Origin: Rhynchopus sp. YZ270_cl-10 | Taxonomy: Eukaryota | Direction of reading: 5' to 3' | Length of the DNA: 64,000 bases | NCBI GenBank assembly: GCA_964035575.1 | Contig: OZ037842.1 | Location: 992,001-1,056,000, forward strand | Shown here: positions 36,693 through 46,950 of the stretch, piece after piece | Layout of the letters: the number at the start of each line of letters is the position of its first letter | Position numbering within the stretch: position 1 is the stretch's first letter | The notes under the pieces: generated by a model | Told to the model about the DNA's origin: nothing | The model's input: only the letters and a program-made list of their open reading frames with translations | The model's database searches: none | Program-made: the position numbers and the translations under genes

Positions 36693-36975
36693 GTGCAATG
36701 ATGAAATAGAGTTGTGGCGACGGCTGCAGAAGGCTCCGCAGAAGACATGCACCCTACGCAGTCTTTTGGGTAAAGTCCCTCAGTGTTCACAGAGCTGTGC
36801 GCCCCTGCCATCTCCAGAGGAGAGCTGCCGTGTGGCAGTGCCCTTCTTCGTGAAGGTGCGCAGGCAGGTGTGCGTGCTGTCTCTTTGGATCACAGTCATG
36901 GAGCCTGCAATGTGCGCATTGCAACCTCAAGAGGGCTTATTCTCTGCATGCCTGCCTGCACACTCTGCTGAGCAC
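36693..36975 (+). ncRNA. Candidate RNase MRP RNA enclosed by a box C/D terminal motif, copy 1
   Basis: P1 GGCTGCAGA (36722-30)/TCTGCATGCC (36943-52); P2 GCTCCG/TGGAGC; P3 CAGAAGAC/GTCTTTTG; CR-I GGTAAAGTCCCT; CR-IV AGTCA; P19 TGCAATG/CATTGCA; CR-V ACCTCAAGAGGGCTTA; P4 AAG(T)CCCT/AGGGCTT. Box C ATGATGA 36698-704, box D CTGA 36968-71, terminal stem GTGC/GCAC. Confidence 0.8.
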
Positions 36976-37849
36976 ACCACTGATTTGATGAATTTGATGA
37001 AGAACCGCACCTGTGTGCTCACTTGCCGATCATGAGGAGCGCTGTCTGGGTTGGGTGACGTGCGTGATGGGAGGGTGGGTGGCACTACCAGGCTTCAGTG
37101 TTACTGATGCTGCGTGGTGTGCCTTGCTGTCTTAGCCGCTTTGGGTTGCATGCCACACGTTGACGTCAGTCATCGCGTTGGTATCTGTGTGGTGGGGTTA
37201 GCATCTGTGTGCTGTGTGTACAGGGTGCAGTGCGTTTACATCACACTCTGTGTTGTCTCTCTCACTCTCTGTGTATACAAGGGACCTCTTTGTTGTACAT
37301 GGCTTGTCTCCTGCCAAGAACGATCGCCATGTGGCAGGAAAGCAGCTCGGGTCTGTGGCCAGGGTAGTGGCTGGGTTCACCTCAGGTGCAGGGGTTTGAC
37401 TATGTCAATCCTTTTGTTCGCTGGGTGTGTTGTCTGACGCATGAACCATCCCACTCTGAGCTATGCTCAAAGTGACGGGTTCACATTCTGTGCAGAACGA
37501 TGGTTTTCATCCTCACCTTCTGCGGGTTCTTGCTTCAACCTACACTGTACCTTCACATTATTTGAGGGCATCATTTTCGTGTACTTGGTTGCTTCAAGAG
37601 GGTTGGGGTAGGGTGTTGGGTGTGGGGTGTGCCATTGTGCATATTTAACCTCCTTTTTGAGGTTCCGATTCGTTTGGTTTCGCTTCGGTGTGACACAGAC
37701 ATGACTTTCTCTTTGGCCGCATTTCCATTTTTTTGGAATGCCTCCCAACCCCGCTTTATTCCTGCTTGTTTGTTCTTCAATCGAGCGGATGACGTTACTG
37801 TGTGATATGCTACACGACAGACCCTCTTCTTCACTCTCACTAACGCACT

Positions 37850-40800
37850 ATGTCCTTCACACTGCCCCCGCTGCCCTGGGCCATTGACGCCCTTGCCGCC
37901 AAGGGTATCTCCAAGGAGCAGGTGGACTTCCACTACAACAAGCACCACGCTGGATACGTCACCAAGCTCAACGCCGCCGCCGAGGCACGCCCCGAGATCA
38001 AGGACAAGAAGATCGAGGAGCTCATCGTGAACAAGGACGCCACATACAACCTTGCCGCCCAGATCTGGAACCACACCTTCTACTGGAACTGCATGTATGT
38101 GGGGAGGGAGGTGATGGGGTTGGTAGAGGGGTGGGGTGGGGGGGAAGGCGTGTGCTGAAAGAAGACCGTGCAATGATGAAATAGAGTTGTGGCGACGGCT
38201 GCAGAAGGCTCCGCAGAAGACATGCACCCTACGCAGTCTTTTGGGTAAAGTCCCTCAGTGTTCACAGAGCTGTGCGCCCCTGCCATCTCCAGAGGAGAGC
38301 TGCCGTGTGGCAGTGCCCTTCTTCGTGAAGGTGCGCAGGCAGGTGTGCGTGCTGTCTCTTTGGATCACAGTCATGGAGCCTGCAATGTGCGCATTGCAAC
38401 CTCAAGAGGGCTTATTCTCTGCATGCCTGCCTGCACACTCTGCTGAGCACACCTTGATGAACACTGGACACAGTGGTTGATGACATGCTGTCTGTCACAT
38501 GGTCACATTCCTGATGGGTGGGTAGCTCAGGCTCAGGCTCAGGGGTTCGGGTTGGGGTCAAGAAAATAGAAATCATGCTTCTGTCTCAGAAGGCCCTCAT
38601 TTGCACCAACGAGGGTACACTGGTGGCACCCTCCATTTCACAACCACAGTCGTTTTTTCACAAAGCGGGGTTCATTTGGAAACGGTACTGTGCATTGTCC
38701 CATGTGAGCCACGATCCCAGAACGGATTGGCTGTTGCTTCGTTGCATCATCTACATGCGCAGCGTTGGGTAGAAGCGGGTTCCATCTTCCAGTGCTGAAG
38801 ATCATCAACAGCATGAGGGGTAGGGAGAATCTGGCCCGGTCTTAATGGGAAATAGTCAAAGTTGACTCCTAATAGGTGCATTTATTTTTTCCAGAGTCCC
38901 TTTCCCAGGGTCGATTTTCATGAGTGCCGAGCCCGGGTGAGGTAAGAAACACCTTGGGGTTACAGGCCCTTCCAAACATTGTGCGGTTGTTCTGTGTGTG
39001 TTCATTGGTCATGGGATGGCAGGAGGGGTCTCGAGTCTACTCTGCCATTGTCGAGTCTCGCGTGGCTCCTCCAAGCGCCTCCTTCACCCTCGTTACTGCC
39101 TTCTGGGTAAAGTTATGTGATTTTGAGCTCCAGTGCATCTACTGTGTGAAGAACAACCGGGAAACCACAGGTAGGGCATCTCACACGTTGCCTGCGTCAC
39201 ACAGGCAACGGGTGGCAGTAGGTGCGGAAATGAAGGGGGAAGGTGTGCTGCTGCAAAGAGACTGCACTCTTCCCCTGATCTTTCTTGCATTTCTCTGAAC
39301 GAAGAGTGCAACACTTGGGTGGTGCCTCTTGACGTGGCAGTGGAGATGGGCACAGGCGGCTTCATTTTCTCGCACAGTCATCTTTCAAGTTTCCTTCTGC
39401 ACACACCACTGCAGCTGTGGTGCTGCACCACAGCTGAGAGGGCTCTCCGCAACGTAGAGAAAACACTCCAGACAGTTGCCAACAGAGTCAAGCGTCCTCG
39501 TCGTGTTAGGGTGTGGGCCCCTCCTTGACCTTGGTGGACTTCGCAGCAAGCCACTCTAGGATCGTGCTGATCAGGGTCTGGAGCCTTGAGCACTTATGCG
39601 TCCTGATCGAGCGTCCTGCGTGACATCCCCGAAGGACAGTAGTGGTGCACGTCGCTCTGCAGTGGCATGGTGCCATTATGTCATGCGCATGCACGCCGTT
39701 CTTTCTTACTTGAGGCTGGCATCGTACGTGGGTCTGTCAGAGGTTCCTGCACCCATAACTATTCTTCTGAACTCGACCCAAGGTCTTGAGGATTTAAGCT
39801 TGCCACACACGGTTGTCTTCTCACAAGTCTTCGGCGAACTTAGAACAAGGAGCAGAAGTACTTTACACGCCTTTCCCCTGCTCACGCTCATGCACACAGT
39901 GATGCCTTTCTCAGGCACACCATGTCTTGCACACTTATCCATCCTGAGCCCTGCCTTGCCTACCCTGAGGAAAGCAACTTAGGTGCAATGCCTCAGTTTG
40001 TAGCTCCCCCTCCCCTGGCACCTTGCCGTGGTACGGTACACAACAGTGCAAATGTGCTAGAAGTTGTTGCACCACCTTCCGGTGCGAGGGTATCGCCATG
40101 ACAAAGTGGAGTGAAAGGGATTCTTTGAGTGCACAAAGGGTCTAATTTACATTGTTGTAGAAATGAGGGGACAACGTGCAGAAACCAGTTTCTCGGACAG
40201 TGCTGAAAGGATATGCCAAGAGAGCTTGCTCGGGGTTGGGATATAGGCACATAGCATACTAACCGGCAACCCTGTGGCAAAAAGAACTATCGGGTGTGAC
40301 CTCATGTGAGACATACATGGGAGTGGCGCAGGCCACGCTGCACCAGTGCGCAGGAGTTTACTGGTGAGTGATTTCAACCTGGGTTATTGTGTTATTTCAA
40401 AGAGGGGATTGGCTCCAGAACTGCGGATCACACCGCGTTTTCGGATGATGAAAACGGTCAGAATCGAAAAGTTCGTCAAAAAATAAACCCAAAGAAGAAA
40501 ACACATGACAACTTTCTCCGGATAGAAGCAGTTTCAAATTACCCAAGCATTTCAAGGGAAGTGCGGGATCTACATGACATCCTGTACATATGGCAGGAAG
40601 CATCACCTACAAGAAAGCGGGTGGTGAATAGGAAGGTGCTCATCATGCGTGCCTGACCTTCCCGTGAAGGTGATGGGGCGCGACTGTGACTCTTGGTCTG
40701 CCCTTAGGCGTTATGGAGGGGACAAGCGACATGCTGTATAAGCACTCGTTTTTTCGAGCCTCGTTCCAAACCTAACTGGCCCACTCGCTTCCGACACCCA

Positions 40801-42961
40801 CTGCACGTGTATACGCGTTGGGCTGCGGACTGACACTGTTCAGCACCGGAGGGAACTCACCACCCGGCACGTCCAAGGCTCGCGTTGCAACATCAACAAC
40901 CCGTGCAACAGGAAGAAGCTGCACAACATCCTTGGTGGCTTCTGCGTAAAGAACTGTCTTGGCAGGTTTATTTGATGTGAAGTGCACAACTCCAACGGAT
41001 GCCAATAAAAAAACCCACCTTGCATCACTGGGATTCGCACAAATGGGTTTCTTAATGAAATTTATTGTGCGTGAGTACCGCTAAGTGCATAACAAGGAGA
41101 TAAATGCGTGATGTCTGCACGGCACGCGACAAATGCCCGAAGAAGTTCGATGGCAAGGGAAGTAGGAAAAAGTTTGTGCAAAAAGAGGGTGACATCACGT
41201 ACAGTGCCCACTTGGTTGGGTGGTTTGTCGAAAAACTAAAAATGTTCACGTGCTTCGTGTGCGAACATTTCGTGGCTCACCACGCAGTCAATTGTAGTAT
41301 GGGGGAGTACTTCCCCTTATGCACCCAGTATACGCATTCCGGGGAAAATAGCCTGGGTGGCGACATGGAAGCAAGCCAGTGGGGAGTGACGTGTAATGTA
41401 TTTTTTTATCAGATGTAAACCATGAAATGGATGTTGGACTGCATGGTTGGGGTCCACCAGTCATGTACCAAGGTGCACTGTCACGAGAGGGGTTTTGTAT
41501 TTCAAGTCAACTTTTTTCTTTGTTGAGGCATCGATTTTCCAAATATTCCCAACATGAGCCCTCATCGTACAAATGATCGACCACACAATATGTCGACCAC
41601 AACAAAGGTGAACCGTACTTAAGTTGGGGATTTTAGGATTTTTGCCAGCTTGGGTCTGCACGCTCCAACATTTGTACGTTTACGGTATTACAGACACGTC
41701 CAGACATTTTACAGCACTGCCCTTCGGGGCTGGGTACACGGGTGGGGGACCTGTCTTTCACTGATAATAAATGTTATCGTCTTCGTGTGGTTCTTTGTGA
41801 GGGTGTGTGCAGAAACCCCACTATAAAACAGTGTACGCCATAGATACAGAATGCGCATCATGCGCAAATTGTGTAAAAAACACAAATTGTCATGCGCATA
41901 TTTTTTTGTGTTTTTTCTAAGAGAAAAACACAAAATTTTGCGCATTAAAAAAAACAGCAAAAAAATATGCGCATTTAGAAAAACACACAAAATTTTGCGC
42001 GTCATGCGCATTATGCGCATTCTGATGCGCATATTTTTTTGTGTGTTTTTCTAAAATGCGCATGTTTTTTTGTGTTTTTTTGTGTTTTTTGGTATGCGCA
42101 TCACACATATGTGTTATGCGCATACCAAAAAAACACAAAAAGACATGCGCATGAAGAAAAACACAAAAAAATATGCGCATCCACTTTTGTTTTTTTGTAT
42201 GCGCATGACATAAAAAAAACACACAAAAAACATGCGCATAACACAATTATGCGCATTATGCGCATTCTCTAGCTATGGTACGCCTCCTCACCTTTTGGGT
42301 AGCATTAAGTGCACATCTGTCTTTTTTTGACACGGGGTTGGTCAGCCCAGCGTTTCCTCCTACCCAATCCTTGTAAAGGAACACCGGAAGGTTCCATCGT
42401 GAAAACATCAGCATCATAGTCAACCTAGGGGGTGGCACAGCTCCCCCCGGTCGATCACATCTATTTTATGAGGGATCTAAGAACGCAAGGCTTATCCTAC
42501 CAACTAACTTTTCATTGTCTTTTCCCAGAGAATTCAATATTTTCCCCACTTTTACTTGCGTGGGTCGTTTTAGCGTGAAAGGCCTTCTGTTAAACTCTTA
42601 TCTTTTCAAAACCATATTCTTTTTTTGCAGGGCGCCCAACGGTGGAGGTGCCCCGACCGGCGCCATCAAGGACGCGATTGACAGAGACTTCGGATCGTTC
42701 GATGAGATGAAGAAGCAGTTCTCTGCTGCTGCCGCTGGCCACTTCGGAAGCGGATGGGCGTGGCTGGTGAAGGACGGTGACAAGCTGAAGGTGCACCAGA
42801 CCCACGACGCTGGCTGCCCTCTCTCCGAGAACCTGAAGCCCGTGCTGACCTGCGACGTGTGGGAGCACGCCTTCTACATCGACTACCGTAACGACAAGGC
42901 CAAGTACGTCCAGACCTTCTGGGACGCCGTCAACTGGGACTTCGTTAACTCCAACCTGTGA
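37850..42961 (+). CDS. sodB: Iron superoxide dismutase (SODB-like), 2 exons separated by a 4.5-kb intron
   Basis: Exons 37850-38094 and 42631-42961 join as WNCM|APNGGG. Motifs HYNKHH, NLAAQIWNHTFYW, HFGSGWAWL, CDVWEHAFYIDYRN. Confidence 0.96.
38168..38450 (+). ncRNA. Candidate RNase MRP RNA enclosed by a box C/D terminal motif, copy 2 (intronic)
   Basis: Identical by eye to 36693-36975 (offset 1475). Starts 73 nt after the FeSOD intron donor. Confidence 0.8.
41408..41515 (+). repeat. Representative copy of ~110-nt dispersed repeat (family 3)
   Basis: AAACCATGAAATGGAT..TGCATGGTTGGGGTCCACC..TTTGTATTTCAAGTCAA at ~41408, 43927, 61481. Confidence 0.88.
41839..42277. mobile_element. Foldback-like MITE built from ATGCGCAT palindromes
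   Basis: TIR CATAGATACAGAATGCGCAT / ATGCGCATTCTCTAGCTATG. More than 15 TGCGCA units. Flanked by direct repeat GTACGC (41833-38, 42278-83). Confidence 0.82.
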
Positions 42962-44325
42962 GACCTCTCCCTGTTTCGTGTGTTTCCAAACGTCTCTCGG
43001 CTCCCCAATTAAATACCGCGCTTTAGAAATAAGAAGCAAATCTGCATTATAAAGCAATACTTTAGCCAAAAAATAAAGTTCAAAATTTCGAAGAAAAAAA
43101 ACCCCTATTTTAACTGCCTAACCAACAGTCTAACACGGATAGAGAGGCATATTTGCATGCGATCCACCAACCCACCAATCCCACCCCTCGCAAAGATTAA
43201 AAAAAATTGAACACGTGTGTTTTTTTTTGAAGATGTGTGCAGTAGAGGCACATTTTATCTGTCAAATGTTTTTATAATTATTTTCGTGTGGTTTTTTTGT
43301 ATGCCAGAACAGGGTGAGTTTGTGCTTGGATGATGCCTCTAAACAAGGGGTCCATTTAAAAAGATGTCTATGCACATGAGGGATATCCATATTTCAACTT
43401 TTTTAACACATCTCTCCCAAACTTTGTCATATAAATACCACCATTTCAACGTTTCCGTGTTCGTTTCCCCGTTTTTAAAAAAGTTTTTTGAAAACCTTTC
43501 GCTCTTTGGTGAATTGTTTTCATCATATTTTATTTTTTGAGGGCTGTTTTTTTCTTTCCTGTCTTTATGTTCATTGGTCAGTAGTTTATACAGAAAATCA
43601 GCCTCTGATTTTTTTTTGAAGGCAACGTGCGTACGGGGAGGTATTTCCCCACGTTCACCTCAGATGTTTACCATCACCTTTGACAACACAGTCTGCTACC
43701 CGCCCTTTATTTTTGATCTAAAGACAGCAAAAAGAGAAATAGACACCCTTCTCCCCCTCCCCTCCCTCCCCCCCGGCCCCTCCTTTCTCTCTTCAGGGGG
43801 GGTCAACTGGGTAATAAAAAAAGACAAAGTTATTTTCCCCTATGCAAACACTGAGAATATATGGTTCATCCTGTCACCCTATGAATATTATGTATCAGAT
43901 GATGAGTGGAAAGCGGGAGTAGCACATATCAGATATAAACCATGAAATGGATTGTAGGACTGCATGGTTGGGTGTCCACCCCCCCGGTACAGCCGGTCAA
44001 TGTACCGAGGTACGCTATTCACGAGAGGGATTTGTATTTCAAGTCAACTTTCTTTTTCTACCAAACACTTCTCTCTCTTTTTTTCCCCTGTGAATATCAA
44101 TACATCAATGGATAATTCTCATGGATTCTGATAAAGCTGCAGTCCAAATATGTTTGGCGTCCACAAAAAGTCGCCAAATTACCCCCAAAATCCCCAAATC
44201 CGCCAAACTTATTTGGACTACTGTAGTTATGTGTTAGTATTATATGCAGTGCTATAGCCTTGCCACCCCTCTTCACCCTCACCAAGAAGACACATAGCCC
44301 CCTCCCCACTCCCAGAGGTCTCACA

Positions 44326-46950
44326 ATGGACCACGCTGGTGGGCACGGCGCTTATGGCGCACAGACAGCAGCGCCCTCCCCTGGCCTCCTGCGGCACAAA
44401 GTGTCCCTCGAGGATCTTATCACCGCACTTCCTTCGGAAGACCTTAAGCTGACCAGCCCACGGTCCAAGTTGGTATGAGCAAACCCCTCATATGTGCGGA
44501 ACACCACTGCACACCGTTAGTACGAAATATCTTGAACCAAGGGTTTTTCTTCACACTTTTTATTGCATTTTTTTTGTGGGTAAATGATCAGGGTCAGGAT
44601 CGGGATACCACAACTTTGCTTTAACATGAAGTACACATGACGTATTCCCTGCTGTTAGGAGGGGTTTTTCCCTACTATGCTCCAACAGCTTATCAACAGA
44701 ACAGAGTGATACACAGTTCTTGGGTCTCTGCAGACTAAGTTTTCAATACCGCACCTCTATGCAATGTCACGGAATTACCCAACATACAGTTTTCAGGTAA
44801 CCAGCATAGAGGCTGGATGATCTCTGCCAGCTTTTCTGCCATTGTTTTTTAGTGACACCCTCCCCTCCCCCCCACCTTGCAGGTGTGCAAACGCCACGGC
44901 ATCCTCCCGCAAGAATTATACCCCCGCGATGTGCAGTCGTTCTTTGAGACGAGGTGTGTTGTCCCTCCCTCCTTGCTAAGTACAAGATACAAATTAATAG
45001 CAGCGAATTTTTATATGACACTCATTTATGAGACAATTTATGGTTCCGGTTTTGTATTCCAAGACAACTTTTATTGCCGGCCAAGATCGGTTGATCACCG
45101 TTTCACAAAGCGGCACGACAGCGGGTACAACCCAACTCTCCATTTCCCCAAAACCCCCATCTTACTTACACTCCATTCAACCCCGTACAACCACCCTTTC
45201 GCTTCATTAGATCGGACCTGCCTGAGATCGTTCAGAGAAGGTTTGACCATTTTTCAACAAGGCGTTCTGAGAAGCTCAACTTCCTTCTTGAGGAGCGGCG
45301 GCGTCTGGCGGAGGCGGAGTTGCTTATGGCAGAGACGCCGCTGGCTGTGCAGACGACGCACACCGTGCACCAGGCGCCTGCAGTGCAGGCCTATGAGAGC
45401 CCTGTGGACCCACGCATCGAAACTCGCGTGAAGCGTGAGGAGGAACGGATGCAGAAGAACGCGCTTGCTGCGCAGCGTCAGGAAGAGGAGCGGTCGCGTC
45501 GTGAGATGCAGCTTGCGTGGCAAGAGGAGCGCCACCAGAACACAGTGGCGGGGCTCGAGGAGCAGAAGGCTCAAGAGTTCATGCAGGAGGCAGAGCGCAA
45601 GATTGCACGTCGTGAGCACGCCCTCATGATGCAGCGCCAAGTGGAGGAGGACACCCTCAGGAAGAAGGAGCTCCTCCTCGGAAGGGATGAAGAGCGCTTC
45701 CGTGCTGCGGAAGACCGTCGCCTCCAAGACGAAGAGGCACGGCAAAGAAAGCGCGACCAAAAGCAGCAGCGTGCCCTCGAGATCAAACGCAAGAAGGACG
45801 AGCTAGAGATGCTCCGCACATCAAAGATCGAAGGCAAGATCGTTGAGAAGCATGAGCGCAGCACCCCACTGCAGCGCCGTGCAAACCAGACGGTATGCAA
45901 CCCTTCTTAACGCGACGCAAATAAAAGGCGGACATTACGATATAGCAACAAGAAGCAACTGCACATTACCAAATAAAACACCTAACACGACAGGGGAGGG
46001 ACAAACGCTTCGAGAAGGCACGAATGGAAGACGACCGCCGTGAACAGCTCGAATCCAACAGAGAGGCAATGGAGCACCAGAAGATGGCATCCCAGATGAG
46101 TCTTGCGGAGCAGAAGGCGGGGCAGGAGCAGGTATGCGGCATGCAGCATGCACTTAGGGGATAGTTTGCAGGGTAAGTAAATCCTAAAGACTCAAAAATC
46201 AAAAATCAAAATATCAAAATGGAGTGGGTTTTACGATAAATATTGGGCAAACCCGATTCTGACACTACACTTTGTATTCTCTCATTTAGCAAAAAATTAT
46301 TTCACACTTCACTCAACCCCTACAGGAACGTGCTGCAGCAAAGTTCCGCCGAGCACAGGAGGTGCAGCAGCGTGCTAAGGACCTGAGTGAGATGCGCAGA
46401 CTCCAAGCCCTTGCAAAGGTGCAGGAGAAAGAAGCGCGGCAGGCACAGACGCAGGAGGCTGCCAAGCAGCACCAACTGTGGGAGGCCAATGAGAAGCGTC
46501 TGCGTGCCCTCGACGCTCAGGAGGCAGTGGAGCGCCAACGCCGCAAAGACGTCTACGAGAATGAAATGAAGCAGCAGCAGGTGCAGCAGAAGATGCAACG
46601 CATGCTGTATGCACTTTGTGTTTAACCTCACCCCTTTTTTTTAGCTTCCTTTTCTGCGAGGTGCACACTGCCACTTCATTAAGCTCAGCTGATCACTCCT
46701 TTATATAACTGCTTTACGATAAAACATTGGAATGTTACTGAATATTTCCCTCTATTCAATTCTACACAGGGATGTCGAGGAAGTGAAATGGCGTTCTGCG
46801 CAAGACAAACGTGAGCAGCTGGAGGCTGTGCGTGTACAGAACTCCCCTGGAACGCCTCGCATGGCACCGGCTCACTCTCCGCGTGCTGGGACAGGACGGC
46901 GCTCGAGTCTGAGTGCTGCAACCACGCACAGACAGCCGCTCATTCATTGA
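44326..46950 (+). CDS. Coiled-coil protein with N-terminal TSPRS..C..HGI.P.EL motif, 6 exons
   Basis: Exons 44326-44472, 44883-44953, 45211-45892, 45994-46131, 46326-46606, 46770-46950 join in frame through GT-AG introns. E/R/Q-rich helix. Confidence 0.85.

Larger units (their letters stand above)
38095..42630 (+). other. 4536-nt GT-AG intron of FeSOD hosting an ncRNA copy, a MITE and several short repeats
   Basis: Donor GTATGT at 38095, acceptor TTTTTTTGCAG ending 42630. The splice restores the ATG codon and the reading frame. Confidence 0.9.

Noticed and set aside
36693..36975. Telomerase RNA, U3 or 7SL as the identity of the C/D-bounded RNA
   Set aside because: No CCCTAA-repeat template, no recognisable U3 box A/B, no SRP Alu or helix-8 motif. 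The P4 sequence is MRP-type rather than RNase P-type.
36675..36977. Reading the duplicated 300-nt unit as a MITE with GTGTGCT/AGCACAC TIRs
   Set aside because: The inverted repeat is only 7 bp with no TSD, and the interior matches the P/MRP conserved regions in the correct order. The outer pairing may simply extend the precursor stem.
35605..37693. Cyclin intron 35605-37661 with a short terminal exon GSDSFGFASV*
   Set aside because: It is in frame, but donor GTGATG and acceptor GAG deviate from the local consensus. Not supportable without transcripts.
36631..38480. Duplicated ORFs of 134 and 114 aa with an identical Cys-rich peptide
   Set aside because: They lack ATG starts, have no codon bias, and one lies inside the FeSOD intron. 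They are better explained as translations of the duplicated structured RNA.
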